A stretch of DNA of 64,000 bases from Camelus dromedarius (lineage: Eukaryota): assembly GCF_036321535.1 (NCBI RefSeq), contig NC_087437.1:25360001-25424000 (forward strand). Direction: 5' to 3'. This document shows, piece after piece, positions 1-12,959 of the stretch. The notes beneath the pieces are model-generated. The model saw only the letters and a program-made list of their open reading frames with translations, searched no databases and was not told the DNA's origin. How positions within the stretch are numbered: the first letter of the stretch is position 1; each line of letters begins with the position of its first letter. Made by a program: the position numbers and the translations under genes.

Positions 1-739
1 ACCACGTCAGTCTAACATAGTGGTCACATTCTGGGGAACTTTAGGCCAGACAGAGCATGCAGGTATGTTGTGATTGTCCTATTGATGTTAATTTTTGTTT
101 TTTACTGAAACTCATTCTAAAACTGAGGATAAATAAAGCTTTGGGGCAGGATAAAAGAGCAATTTCCTGGATTATACAGTTGGCTGGAGCTGAGTAAAAA
201 TCACCTCCTTTAGAGAGGGCATGTGTTCCTCAATTTGCCAAACAAGCTCTCTTTACTAACCTGGTCTCTTCATCTCCAAACTCAGCTAAGAACCAAAATG
301 GAGAAGTTAATGGGGAGACAAATCTCAATTTGTTACAAAGAAGTGTTAACATTAAGAGAGATTCAAAATTTATAGGACCTCCAGGTTCAAGATGGACTTT
401 GCGTCTATGTGTTTACTTCCGTCCTTCCAGAGTGCCACTGTGATAACCTTATGAATATAAAAATAAATGTTTTAATAAATTGTATCATGAAGTAGTGAGT
501 GCCTTGCTAAGCAGATTTTAAAGAAAGCTTAGCAAACACTTGTCAGGATGCTATAGAAATTGCTTCAGAATTGGATAAAAATTGAATAGATAATCTGTAT
601 TTCTTCAAAATAAAAATTGTATATTTTTAAATAAAAAAATTATAGTCCAACTGATCAATCCATAAATACTTATTGTTTATGCTCTGTGCAGGGCAATAGG
701 TATTAGTGTGATGTACTAATCTGTGGCCTCCACTCCTCA

Positions 740-1010
740 AATCGCAGTTGTTCCAGCTCCACCATCCAGCTAATAGGAAGGAGGAATGAGGAGAAGGGCT
801 TGTCCCCTCCCCTTGAAAGGTACTTGAGGAAGTTACATGCACTATTTCTGCTGATATCTCATTAATCAGAATTTAGTCACATGCCAGCCAACTTGTAAAG
901 GACTTGGGGAAATATCCTTAATTCAAGATGATTATGACTCAGCTAAAAATTGGGCATGTGATTACGACAGAAGAAAGGAGAATGAATAACCAGGGACAAC
1001 CAGCAGCCTC
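740..1010 (-). mobile_element. MaLR LTR fragment (MLT1J/K-like)
   Basis: 'gatatctcattaatcagaatttagtcacatgccagccaacttgtaaaggacttggggaaat' resembles the MLT1J/K block 'acatctcattggccagaacttagtcacatggccacacctagctgcaagggaggctgggaaat'; edges approximate. Confidence 0.7.
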
Positions 1011-1039
1011 TGGCCATGGACCCAAAACACAGACCAGAA

Positions 1040-1560
1040 ATGTAAATAAGAGTCTGAGAGAATGACAGCTTTCCTTCCACTGATGAGCACTGCAAGGAAG
1101 ATGATTTCCTCAAGGAAGATCCAGGGGCAGGCATGGTTGGGAAGGATCAGTGAGGTGATTGAGGATGAATGGGCGTCTAATGATCAAAGCACAGAAGTTT
1201 CCCAGAGAGTGCATTTGAAGTTTTGGGAGTTGACCGGGGAGAACAGTGGTGGATTGAGAAAAGTGAAGAGAAAATGGATGATCCAAGAGACTTACATCTT
1301 CTAATGATGGTTAGAGAAAATGGGGCCATAACTGGGTCAGCTTGCTGGGGATAAAAAGAACTGGCCTGTATCCTCAGCTCATTCGGACTCAGCTACCTTG
1401 GAAAGGCACTGAGAGGGTGCGACGTGGGAGGCCGGGCACATCTGAGCGCAGCTCTGCATGACACGTCTGCTAGAAGTGCAGGGATGAGGGGAGCAGGGGC
1501 ACCCAAAGACAGCCCGCTTTGTGGCGAGAGGGTATAGGGTAATGTTTCAAGAAAAGCGGA
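1040..1560 (-). mobile_element. Degenerate L2 LINE fragment
   Basis: Purine-rich, G-rich degenerate sequence typical of the antisense strand of L2 ORF2; recognised by style only. Confidence 0.35.
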
Positions 1561-4310
1561 CAAAATGGATAGTCTCCAACAGAATTTGCAAAATCTAGTC
1601 CCGAATTCTCAAACATGTGGGTAAAGAAATGATTAAGTTTTCTTCCTTCCTGTTAGCAGAAATATCCTCTAACAAGGAGGGAAAGAATTAGCATCAATAT
1701 GTGCACAGCAACTAAGAGAGCGATATACTAGCAGATCTGGACTGAATCATGTAGGTGCCCCAAGGAGGCTAAAGATTCGCTGCCCCTTTTAACAGATATT
1801 ATGTAAATATTTAAAATATTTATTTAGAGAGGAGACTGAGTGTCAAGACAGAAGGAAACAGAGAGGGTTCCTGGTGGCAGAGCTCAGACTCCTCGTCATC
1901 TGGCACTTGCTCCTCTGTCACTCTGCTCTCTGGCAAATCTGTACCTTCCTCTGGGGAACACTAAAGCCCTACAATTTAAAAAATTCTCCTTAGAAGGCAA
2001 TTTCCTAGTCATCGATTATCACTTGAGCATATTCATTGAGATCTAGCTTGCCCACCCCAAGGACAAACCAAGGAATCTCTTCTAACAGAATGCAATGGTC
2101 TTCCTAAGAGGAAGTCAGTAAAGTACATTCTTTTCCATCCTATTGTATTCCAGTGACATCTGAGCACCCCTGTAGGCTGATACCTTAGCACTTGCTTTGT
2201 AGACAGACTCTTGGTTTGTCTCTGTATTTACAGCTCAACCTGCATCCTAGAAACACAAAGAATAATATGTGGCCTGTTATCAGAAAATCTACAGCTTTTC
2301 CAAAATAGACTTTGAGACTGTTTTTCCATGTAGTAGCCATACACAAATTTACTTCTTTTATCTGTTTTGGAAATAATCTAAATTTTACTTGCCCTTTAAA
2401 GATTGTTGTTCTTTAAGCTAATGCTTTTAAGTAATTATTTACAGACATCATGCTAAGTTCTACGAGGACAATTTTACTGTTCAACCCCATTATTTCTGAT
2501 GGTTTTTTCAGACTGAGTGTATTTTTCCTTCAGGTTAAATATATTTTTCCTTCTCCAAATTTCTATCTGACAGCCCTTGCTGCTTTTCTCCTCCAAAAGG
2601 AAGGAAGGATTCTAGTTTTCTCTTCAGAATAACATTTTCAGAGTTTTCATCAACTATTCTAATTTTGTACTTCCCCCCTTCTCTCCTCATGGCATTTTGT
2701 CATATGAAAGGTCACTTTCGAACCTTTGCAGACTCCAGAGAGAAACTTTGCCATTTGGAAAACAGAGCTTTGTAACACGAGTAAAAATATGAGCAACCGT
2801 CTTCCAGAAGAGACTGTATCTCCCTGAAGGGCAGCATTCATAGAATTCTGATCCAGCAAAATCTCGCTAAATACTCAACAGCAAATTTCCTAGAATAAGT
2901 AAGTTATTTCTAAAAGTGTGAAACAAAAATAATGCCATCTCTAGGCTACTTGGTGAGAGAGAGAGAGAAAAAGCCTTGTTTCTAGTTATGATGAGTTGGA
3001 ACTAATTCTGTTCCTTTGTTTCTGGCTTGCCATACCCAGTCTAATTGTCAGGGTATGTGTCCCCTTCTAAATACACTGTTTGCTTTGAATGAGATCTGAG
3101 TGGGAACAAGTCTCAGTTCACAGCCTATGGAATCTATTTGCATCTCCAAGGAAATAGTTGTTTACTACTGTGTTGTCATTTGTTCAGAGCACAACACAGA
3201 AGTGAATTCCCATCAATATTCATAGTCCTTGTAGCCTCCAGAGGCTCCCTGTGTGACTGTGCTCCATTTAGCTCTAAATCTGTATTCCCATATAGATTTA
3301 AACAAGAGAGCTAGGGAATTTTGAAGTCTTTTGTTCTCTCTCACAGTAATATTTAAATAGTCCACTGGGTATGCAAGTATTGTCGATTTCTTTATTGCTT
3401 TGTTATAGCCTACCACAGAAAGATTCACCTGAGGGGAACATAACCCTTGTTTTGTTTTTTTCATGTCAGATTCTGAAAAATCTTTACCTCTACCCTGACT
3501 AGCTTATTTATAAATCAGTTTAGTTTCTTAAATTCACACAAGGTCAGGCACATACAATTCTTCCCCAGGCTGAGGTCACGTCCTGTACTTCTACTTTCAC
3601 CCTTCAGATTCTACACTCACTTGACAGGTTCAGTCTGAACTTGTCTAGTCTCCTTATTAATAAGTTACATAATGAATTGTGATGACCATAAGATTAGAGA
3701 GAAAAAAAATTCTAGGACATATGTCAAGTCAATTGGAAGTAAGAATTTATCTAAAAATTAGCCTTCTGCATATGTATGTTATTTTGAAGCACAGACTCAG
3801 CAAACTCTATGGACCATATATGTATATCAGACAGGTGGGGGTTTAATCTGCTGCTATAATGGGAGGGAGACATTCAAATTTTCCTTTTATTCCTCTTATT
3901 GTGTTATTGTTCTTAAATGTGTGTATATACCTACAAGAATTTTTATTTAGACAGATATATTCAATTAAAATTCCAAATTCCTCTAAATATTCATCTAACA
4001 ACTTATGTAGAAAATGATATGATATACCCCAGGTAGAACTAGAGAAAATAGACTTAAAATCTGGTGGAATGATATAAAGAAGCAACTCCTGGTGATAAGA
4101 TAAAGAAAGCATGAGGTTAAATACCCTCAGAGGGTCAGGAATGTTGTTCTAAAAGGAATTTTTTTTTTCAGACTCAAAAAGAATTTGTGCCATTTGCCTA
4201 GAATGGTTTAGAAAACAGAAACTTAAAAATATATGGAGGGAAATCAAGTAAATGAAATAGATGGAAGTAAGAAATAGTCTATTTTAATATATTTTCCATA
4301 TGCATTTAAA

Positions 4311-5340
4311 GTTCCGGTGCCAGTTCTGATAAAAGTGACGCACTTCATCCTGTCTCTCCTACTGAATACAACTAAAACCTAGACAGATGCATTCAACAGC
4401 TATCTGAAGACTCTGAAAAGTTAAATGGTAGCAGATAGAATAGGAAAGGAAACCAGAACTCAAAGTAAGACCAATTGAAGGGTGCATTTTTTGTATTTTT
4501 CTCTCCAGTATCTCCCAGTCTGAACTGAAAAGCAGCACAAAAGCTGAAATTTCAATCTGGGAGAAGGCAGAAAATGCTCTAAGAAGAGACTTTTATTTCT
4601 GGTCTGGACATCAGGGCAGGGAGCTCACAGAGTTAGAGCGTGGGAAAATTCACTGTTTTTGTTTTTCCATTCTCCATTCTAGTCCCAGGCAATCCCATGG
4701 CAGTGGTGACAGGGCTGGGCAGCAGCAGCAGCTGGGCAGGCACCAGAATGCTGAGGGAAAGGAACCATTCCTTCTGGAGACAGAAACTGGAATCCTGAGA
4801 ACATGGGAGACTATCTCAGTTCTTCTCTCTCTCTCTAGCCCTGCTGTGTGAACTCAGAGGTAGACACAACTGTGGGCAGTACACAGCTGAGCAGGGAAAC
4901 TAATGCCCTAGCTTTCTGGACAGAAGAGAAGGGTGGGAGCCTCTGAGAGCCGGGAAGTGTCAATGAGACTCCATGAGGAGGGAATTCAAGAAAGTGATGT
5001 TATAAAGTTGAGTGTGACCACAGCCACACATACATGAATGTGATCCTAAACAGCATAGCAAAGGCTCTGAGGACTGACCTCTTGGTAGACCACCCAGAAG
5101 GTCTCAGACTGGTCTCTGGATGGCAGAGCTAATTAGCACTGCAAACTCTGAACAATGAATCAGCTCAGAACCATAGCTCACAGGTAGTTGGGAACTTTCA
5201 GCCTAAACCTGTCCAGGTCTATCAACTGATGAAACATGCACACACACTTTCATCAACCTCCACAGTAACTGAACAGACTCAGAATCTCATATAATACAAC
5301 ATACCAAATGCCCGAATACAATGCAAAATTAGCCAGCAAT
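4311..5340 (+). mobile_element. Ancient L1M 5' UTR region
   Basis: Starts 'gttccggtgccagttctgat...cacttcatcctgtctctcctactgaatacaactaaaacc', like L1M 5' ends, and ends in a pre-ORF1-like 'aaatgcccgaatacaatgcaaaattagccagca'. Confidence 0.55.
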
Positions 5341-6898
5341 CCACAGATTCAATGCAATTCTTACCAAAATTCTAATAGCCTTTTTCCAGAAATAGAAAAA
5401 TTGATCCTAAAATTCATATGGGATGCAAGTGGTCCAGACTGCAATGATTCAGTAATCAAAAGTGTGGCTTCTAGCATACAGACAGATATAATACAGACCT
5501 ACAGAACAAAATCAAGAGTCCAGAAATAATCCCATATATCTATGGGTAACTGAATTTTGACAAGGGCACCAACTTCATTCAACAGGGAAAGAACTGTCTC
5601 TTCAACAGGCGGTAGTAAAACAACTGGATTTCTACATGCAAAAGAATAAAGTGGGACCCCTGCCCCAAATCATAAACAAAAATTAACTCAAAATGGATCA
5701 ATGGCCTAAATATAAAAACTAAAACCATAAAAATAGTAAAAGAAAACACAGGGGTAAATCTTCATAAGCTTGGATTTGACAGAGGATTCTTAAATATGAC
5801 ACTAACAGCACAAGCAACAAAAGAAAAAATAGGTAAGTTGGACTTTATTAAAACTAAAAACTTTTGCTCATCAAAGGGCATTATTAAGTAAGTGAAAGAC
5901 ACCTACAAAATGAGAGAAATTTTTTAAAAGTCATATATCCAATAATAGTTTAACATCTAGAAGATATAAAGAATGCTTAAAACTCAACAACAAAAAAAAC
6001 CAAACAACCCAATCCAAAAATGAGCAAAGACTTGAATAGACATTTCTCTAAAGAAGATATACAAATGGCCAATGCATACATGAAAAAATGCTCAACAATC
6101 TTTAGTCATCCAAAAATGCAAATCGAAGCCACAAAGAGACATCTTTTCATGCCCATTGGATGTCTACAATCAAAAATATGATAACAAGCATTGACAAGGG
6201 TACAGAGAAAGTACAACCCTCCTGCTTCCTTAGTGGGAATGTACAATTGTGTAGCAGTTTTGCAAAAAGTTGACTGTTCCTCAAAATGTTAAACACAGAA
6301 CAACCTTTTTATCCAATGATTTTACTCCCAGGTATACACCCAAAAGAAATGAAAACACATGTCCATATAAAAAAGACATTGTGTCACCTCATTTTGTAGG
6401 TGTCTTTCACTTACACACTAGTATTCATAGCAGCATTTCCTAACAGTAAAAAACGATCCACATGTTCATCAACTTCTGAACGTACAACTAAGATGTACAA
6501 TGGCCACACAATGTACACTATTCAAAAATAAAAAGAAATGAAGTACTGACATATGCTACCACATCACTGAACCCTGAAAGCGTTTTGCTAAGTACAAGAG
6601 TCAAATCACAAAAGGTACATATCATATGGGATTTAATTTCTTTGAAATATGTAGAATAAGCAAATCCACAGAGATAAAAAGTAAATGAATGGTTTCTCAG
6701 GAGTTGAGGGAGAAACGGGCAGGGGAGACAGAGATCGATAGCTTAAGGCCGGAGGTATGGGGCTTCTTTTAGGAGCGGTGAAAATTAAATTGTGGTGACT
6801 GCTGCACAACCATGTGAATATATTTTAACACACTGAATTGCACATTTTAAATGGGTGAATTTTTGTGTTAATTATATCTCAATGAAACCTGTTTAAAA
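5341..6898 (+). mobile_element. Old L1 (L1MB-like) ORF2 3' third plus 3' UTR, decayed
   Basis: Degenerate ORF2 motifs (FPEIEKLILKFIW; 'aaaattaactcaaaatggatca'; 'catttctctaaagaagatatacaaatggccaat') and an L1MB-type 3' UTR ending 'cactgaattgcacattttaaatgggtgaattttt...tatatctcaat'. Confidence 0.9.
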
Positions 6899-8189
6899 AC
6901 ATGTCTGTTATTCTACTGTAAAATATATAAACTAAATAATTTCTGTGTCTCCTGTAAGTTTTAAAAACATAGGCCTCTAAGTTATGCCCTTTACTTGGAA
7001 CTTCTCATTCTAGCAGAACCAATTTACTGTCAGAATCACCCCAAATTCTAAATCACAAGAGTCAAAATTGATATGTTGGTAATAAAAGATATCTCTGTTA
7101 AAATTAACATGGACTGTTTAATACTCAAGTCATAAAGAGAGAACACGGAAATGGTATTTAACAGAAAAATACTTTAAGTGATGTTTTCATATAGTCATTT
7201 CTGCATTGTAACCAAGCAACAAATTTTTGCAGTGCAACTGTTCATGTGCGAATTACTTGTAATGCAAACTTTCAGGAAGAGGAAAATATAAAGGGAATCT
7301 AGAGCAGAGAATAAAAGCCTAACATCATGAACCAGCCTTGCACGATACCAGAGAACAGACACCCAACGTGCGTCAACGACTGGCTTTGGGGAATACATTT
7401 AGTCTCATAAACAGCCTATCTTTCATTCTACAAACATCACTAGTATCCTTACAGAATGTTAGTGAATAAAAAAGATACTGACCACCCAATGACAATGTTT
7501 ACACGTAAGAAAATAGTGACTGACCTACCAAAGATTAAGGAATCTGCAAAATTCAGAGAGCTAGATCGTGAAAAGGTTTAGAGGACAATCAAGGGTTCCT
7601 GATTACTTGTCTGATTTTCTTTTAACCAGTCCCAAACTGTCTAATTTGTTAAGTCCAGTGGGTGCAAAAGGAATGTAACTAAACCTTAGCATAACTTCAG
7701 AATTGACCCTGTCAGCTATTTTTTCATTGTGCGCAGCTGCTTAAATGTATTGTCTTCAGCAAAAAGCAATGTAAGTAATTGCATAGCATAAAAGTAAATG
7801 TTAAATTATAATTAAATTATTCTGCAAGCCTATCACACTAAGTTTATGGCCATTTCATCATATTGCAGCAGCACGCAGAACAACAATTAGAGAGAAAGAA
7901 ATGTTCTAAATTGAGTTCTCAACTTTCTGAGAACTCGTCTCCTGGAAGGCATCTCCCAACATTGTTTATGTCGTTACTTTTCATGTTAGTTTCTCAACTG
8001 TCAGCTTTTCTTTTATATATATACATTTATTGTGATCCTTTTTCCTTCAGCGATAGCCAAACGCCGGAAGATTCTAAATTAAGTGTCTCTCAGTTTGACT
8101 TAGCACAGAAAGGTCCTGATTTATTATTCAGGATTTACCCAGTGCTTTTCCTTCTCTCAGATTCTTGCAATCATTTATTAGCTTTTCCT

Positions 8190-8340
8190 GAGGACTATCC
8201 TATGAAGGTCATTTTAGCACGTTTATTTGACAGATGAGAACACAGACCTTAATTGAGAAAATTATTTTTACTGAGGTGGCAGAACAAGGTTAGCTCAGAG
8301 TCCAGAATAATATCCAAGGTCATGTTAGCACACTTCATTT
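8190..8340 (-). mobile_element. MIR fragment
   Basis: 'tttatttgacagatgagaacacagacc' resembles the antisense MIR core. Confidence 0.5.
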
Positions 8341-8584
8341 CATATTTTTTCTCATCTCTCGAACCTCAGCAGAGAAGCACAACCTATTCATTTCATAAAC
8401 CCCTTTTCTCCCAGACGTTCTTCTCAGAACCGCAACTTTGCACAGGAGCCAGCACTGCTCATACAGTGTCTTTTATCTAACCCAAATAAATCTCTCAAGA
8501 TATACAGATTGTGGGAGCCTTATCAATTACCTAGAGAGTATCTGTGTGCGCGTGCACGCGAGCGGAGGAGGGGTGACATTCAAA

Positions 8585-8720
8585 ATGTATTCACTCAACA
8601 GTAGTTTCAGGATGTGACGGGTACAGTAGGAGGTTCTGAGGTGCTGAGGCAAATAAGACACAGTTCTTGCCTTTAAGAAGCTAAAACCCTAATGGAGAAA
8701 CAACTATATGACGATAAGCA
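8585..8720 (-). mobile_element. L2 3'-end fragment
   Basis: 'tattcactcaaca...aaataagacacagttcttgcctttaagaagct' resembles the antisense L2 3' end. Confidence 0.55.
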
Positions 8721-9089
8721 AACAATTATGTACATAACAAAAACACACACGCACACAACAACATGATGTTTCAGTGACCTCAGAGTGTCTGGGATGTTTA
8801 TGGGGTTCTAAGAAGAGGACAGGCCAGAAATCAGTGACATCTTCGAGAAGAAAGGGGCGTATCAGTACAGCTGCAGATTGGCATATTTTGAGAGTGAAAA
8901 CTGGGAGAGGAGCAGCTGAGGGTCAGCTTCTCCTCATGTGTCTCCTCTCCCCATACTGTGTACCAGCACCATGAAAAGGCACGGGAATACAAAAGAAACA
9001 TTAGGCGTACGCTGTGCCCACCTGAATTACCAAGGCAATGAGCAGATTCTCAGTCTTGTCTTCCACTATCACCACTTCTTTGCAAGAAG

Positions 9090-9230
9090 ACAAGTGACCT
9101 CATCCTCTATAACCCTGAATATCATGAATAAAATGATAAAAAAAAAAGTGCTAGGAATATAATGCACAAAAACTGCTTAGCACACTGCCAGACACAGTGA
9201 TCTCTTAATAAAGGCTAGCTAGTTTAGTTA
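9090..9230 (+). mobile_element. MIR fragment
   Basis: 'aatgcacaaaaactgcttagcacactgccagacacagtgatctcttaataaaggctagct' resembles the MIR 3' tail. Confidence 0.6.
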
Positions 9231-9399
9231 CCATTGATATCTTAACTAATTGTATAAAATAGCTCTTTTCGAATTTACTCCATGCTGCCATCTTGATAGA
9301 ATGAGTAGGAGACGAAAAGGAGGAAAACAATCAGCAAATGTTGGCACTGGTGTTTTAAGCGGAAAAAATAACATGAGATACAATCTATCATTTACATTA

Positions 9400-9590
9400 C
9401 CCTATTTTTGTGCTATTTGTGCTACACACAATCCATTGTTTTATTTACTTCTTACAGCAATGAGATAGGGAGGCAGGTAGACTTAACTGTATTTTACAAT
9501 TAAGAAAAATAAGGATGAAAGATGCTTAAATAAATTTACAAGGTCACATAGTTAGTAAAAAGTGGTCTCTCCAAACTCCAATCTTGCTGT
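9400..9590 (-). mobile_element. MIR fragment
   Basis: 'tattttacaattaagaaaaataagg...aaataaatttacaaggtcacatagttagtaaa' resembles the antisense MIR core. Confidence 0.6.
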
Positions 9591-9634
9591 TTTTATACAC
9601 TTTCTTCTCAGATTCAGAAAATAGTAGAACCATG

Positions 9635-10175
9635 CTTAATTTAACAAGTATTTTCTGAGTTCCTACTATATGTGAGAAACTGTTCAAGGTACTAGAGAAA
9701 GAACAGTGACCCTTCAGATATGGTCTCTGATCTTATGAGGCTACAAATACAGAGGGAGATGGGCAGATAAAGAGGCAATTGTAAAGCAGAAACACAGGGT
9801 GCGGTGGGAGCTTATGGTAGGAGCATTTAACCCATGGAAGGTTAGGGAGGATTCTCAGGAGTGATATCTCAACTGAGACATGAAGCATGAGTATAAATTA
9901 GCATGACGAGGTACAAGGAAGTGAGTGATGTAGGTACAGAGGAAAATAGCCTGTGGGAAGGTTCAGAGACAAAACTGTGTATGATGATCCTGAGGGTGAG
10001 ACTAACCACCGTCGGACGGGACTGTGGGATGGCCAAGTGATGAGGCTGAGGGTCTGGGTCATGCAGTCCCCTTGAGTGCCGTGATAAAAAAATAATGGCT
10101 TGATCTCAATTAGGATATGGACTCTATGACACATTTTAAACAAGAGAATGAAGTAACTAGACATATTTCAGAATA
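9635..10175 (-). mobile_element. L2 3'-end fragment
   Basis: 'atttaacaagtattttctgagttcctactatatgtgagaaactgttcaaggtactagaga' followed by a typical purine-rich antisense L2 body. Confidence 0.75.
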
Positions 10176-10599
10176 AATCTTTTTAGTAAAGGAATAAATC
10201 AGAAAAAAAGAAAAGAAGATGACAGTCACATTTTCTTTCCCTGAACTTAGCTTTTATGAAAGCTATTAGGCTTGTGTCAATAATGAGGAGGTGAGCAGCC
10301 CTCCAATAAAATACAGTCAGGCCAGTGAACACGGCTATGACTTATGCCATCTTCAGAGCTAAACAGGCTTGGCCTGACAAGATGTTCTGGTGAAGTTAAC
10401 TGTGGAAGGCCATCTGTTTAGTGATCGTTGAGGAGGTTTTAAAGAAAAACACGCATTTAGCACTCAGTTGGAATTCTGTGACAGGTTGCTTGCTGTGGCT
10501 TCCTACTTGTAAGGAAAGATTTACAGCAGGGAAGGCAGCTCAGGTGGTTGAGACGTGGCCATTTACTGGGCATCCTCAGGGTGGCCCCATTCCAGCAAA

Positions 10600-10900
10600 G
10601 AAGAAAAGGCCATTTTTTCAATTTCAGAGCTTTATTTCTGTTTCCAAGCTCCTGACACCTTACCTTCAGCAGATGATTTTGCCTCCGAATTCACAGAGAA
10701 TAAAGGCAATTCCACCAATTCCAATTCCCCCTCCCTCCCTCAGTCTATCCTTTTCATCACACTTGAAGTTGAAGACAATCCTGCCTCTTGGTCGGGTCTG
10801 ATATTGACCTTAATTCTCCTTCCATCCCCACAGACTTGGATTAGAGCCTTTACACTAAACCACTTTTCTCCTTGTTTGTCCTGTCTTCAGCCTGTCCCTT
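10600..10900 (+). mobile_element. L2 ORF2 remnant
   Basis: Translates as LPSADDFASEFTENK, resembling the L2/CR1-clade motif LSADDFASYFTEKI; pyrimidine-rich sense strand. Confidence 0.6.
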
Positions 10901-11299
10901 CCTGCTTGATCTCCCCCCAAGGCCGGCTAATATAGTGCATGTCTTTCTCACCTAAAAAAAAAAAATTTTTTTAAGTTTTCTTACATAAAGATGGAAATGT
11001 TGGCTGGAGTTCAATTTTGCAGAACTCATGATTGTAGCAGAATTGGGGTAAGAGGCGGAAAGTGATGAAGAGGAAGGGAGAAAATTGCTTTCTTGATCTC
11101 ATACTTTCCTATTACTACTGTCTCTTTTACCTTCTCTCTTTAAAACATCTGGGCTATGGTCTAACCTTTGCATATGCCGTTGCCCTATCCTTCACCACTC
11201 CGAGTCATCCCACTGAAATCTAGGCTCTGTCCTTGTGATGGTTGATTCCTTGCAAAGATTATAGCAGAATACTCATCAAGTACACCTTTTTGAAAATTA

Positions 11300-11895
11300 G
11301 GTGGAGGAGAAGAATGGTCAGAATGGGCTAGAATTGGTATTTCCCTTCCCCCAGGCCAGTGAGGCTCTAATAATACCCCAGCAGGCTGGGCTCTGGTTAA
11401 CTAGTTTCCCCTGAGGGCAGACCTTGTTAAGAAGAATGGAGTGCTCTGGTATATTTCAAAATGGTTCCTTTTCCCCTTCTCCTGCCAGTAGCTCCAAGAG
11501 GGTTTTTCTCCAATACTTATCATGAGAGCCTATTTGAGTTCCTGGTGATAAATCTCACAAAATTTGGGGGGCTCCCCTTGGATTGACCCCTTGAAATTTT
11601 TAACTCTCAGAGTTGTCCACACTGAGCCTCTAATACATCAATTACAGTTCAGGTTTTTCTACCCTGATGCTAGTTCCCGTGGAGGTTTGTGCTCGTCAGG
11701 CTCTGCTCCGGTAAGCCGTGACTCCTGTATTCAGCTGTCTTCTCTTCGATCTTGGCAGCAGCAGTTTCCCCAGCATCCTTACCTCTTTTATGGATCCAAG
11801 AAGAATTGTTAAGATTTCAGTCCGGTCAGCTTTTTACTTGTTGGGAGGAAGAGATGACTTTAAGCTCCTTACATGCAAAGTAGAAACCAGAAGTC
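11300..11895 (-). mobile_element. Ancient L1M 5' UTR (antisense)
   Basis: Reverse complement begins 'gacttctggtttctactttgcatgtaaggagcttaaagtcatc...aacaagtaaaaagctgaccggactgaaatc', like L1M3/L1M4-type 5' ends. Confidence 0.7.
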
Positions 11896-12959
11896 TTTAA
11901 TACTGTTTTTTTAAATCTGCCAGTTTCCTCCACTCTTATCAGTCCTAGAAATTTTTCACAATGGATTTTCTATTTAGAAGGTATCACCTACCAATAATGA
12001 TACTTCTGTTTCTTATGTTTAATCCTTATATTTTTATGGTTTTTCTTTCTCTTGTAACATTGTCCAGGACTTCTAGTCATATTAAATCAGCAGGAGTACA
12101 AATTAGTGTCTTTTCTTATTTTTTGTCTTGATGAAGATGATTTGAGAAGATTTGAAATAAAAAATCTTAGTTATATCTGAGAAAATAGATACTGATTCTA
12201 TAACTATAATATTGTAAGAAAAGTTCCATTAACTTTCCAATGATTGTATATACGCACAACTTAGATTTTTATACAGTGGCGATCTTCAAACTAGAGTCGA
12301 GCTAAAACTGTCAGAGATCCACATACAATCTGTGGTGAAAAGTAGTTCTAAGGACATACATTTAAGAATGACATTATTCTTTCTAAAGGCTTAAATAATA
12401 CTGTAACTATATATTTATCACTGAGTTCCTGTTAGTATACTAAGGAAGTGTCCACTGGAAATAACTACAGTGGAAATAAATTTTATTCAGCAGCATGCAT
12501 CAGAAGATATAAAATCTTATCTTAATTTTTCCATATATCTCTTTGTCTACTGCTATTTTGTACAAATGAGAAAACATCCCTGCTCCAAAATAACTGACAG
12601 TTTAATAATGATAGTAACTAACACCTGGCTTCCTTATTTAAAAAAAAAATGCACAGAAGTATGATAGATTGTCTAGAAATGCATCCATAAGTACTAAAAA
12701 AATGAAAACATGCACAGAAAGATGCTCACCAAATTCAATCTACTGGGGAAAAATGTAATTTGATGTGGGCAAGCAAAGTACTTCCATGAGAAATGTAGTG
12801 ATTTATTATTTCATAACCTGGACAGTAGATACACTGTGCTTATTTTATTATTCTTTATATTTTTATGTCACAAATATTTAATAATGATAACAAATAGAAT
12901 CAAACCCCATGTTCAAATCATTTTCCTTTACAATTGTGACCGCATTCCTGCTTCCAGTG

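Noticed and set aside
2730..2904. Plus-strand exon candidate (tttgcag ... aataa|gtaagt)
   Set aside because: All three frames contain stops and the acceptor is weak; nothing else supports it.
10421..10935. Two overlapping 126-aa ORFs
   Set aside because: Non-ATG starts; the only recognisable peptide is an L2 ORF2 remnant, not a host gene.
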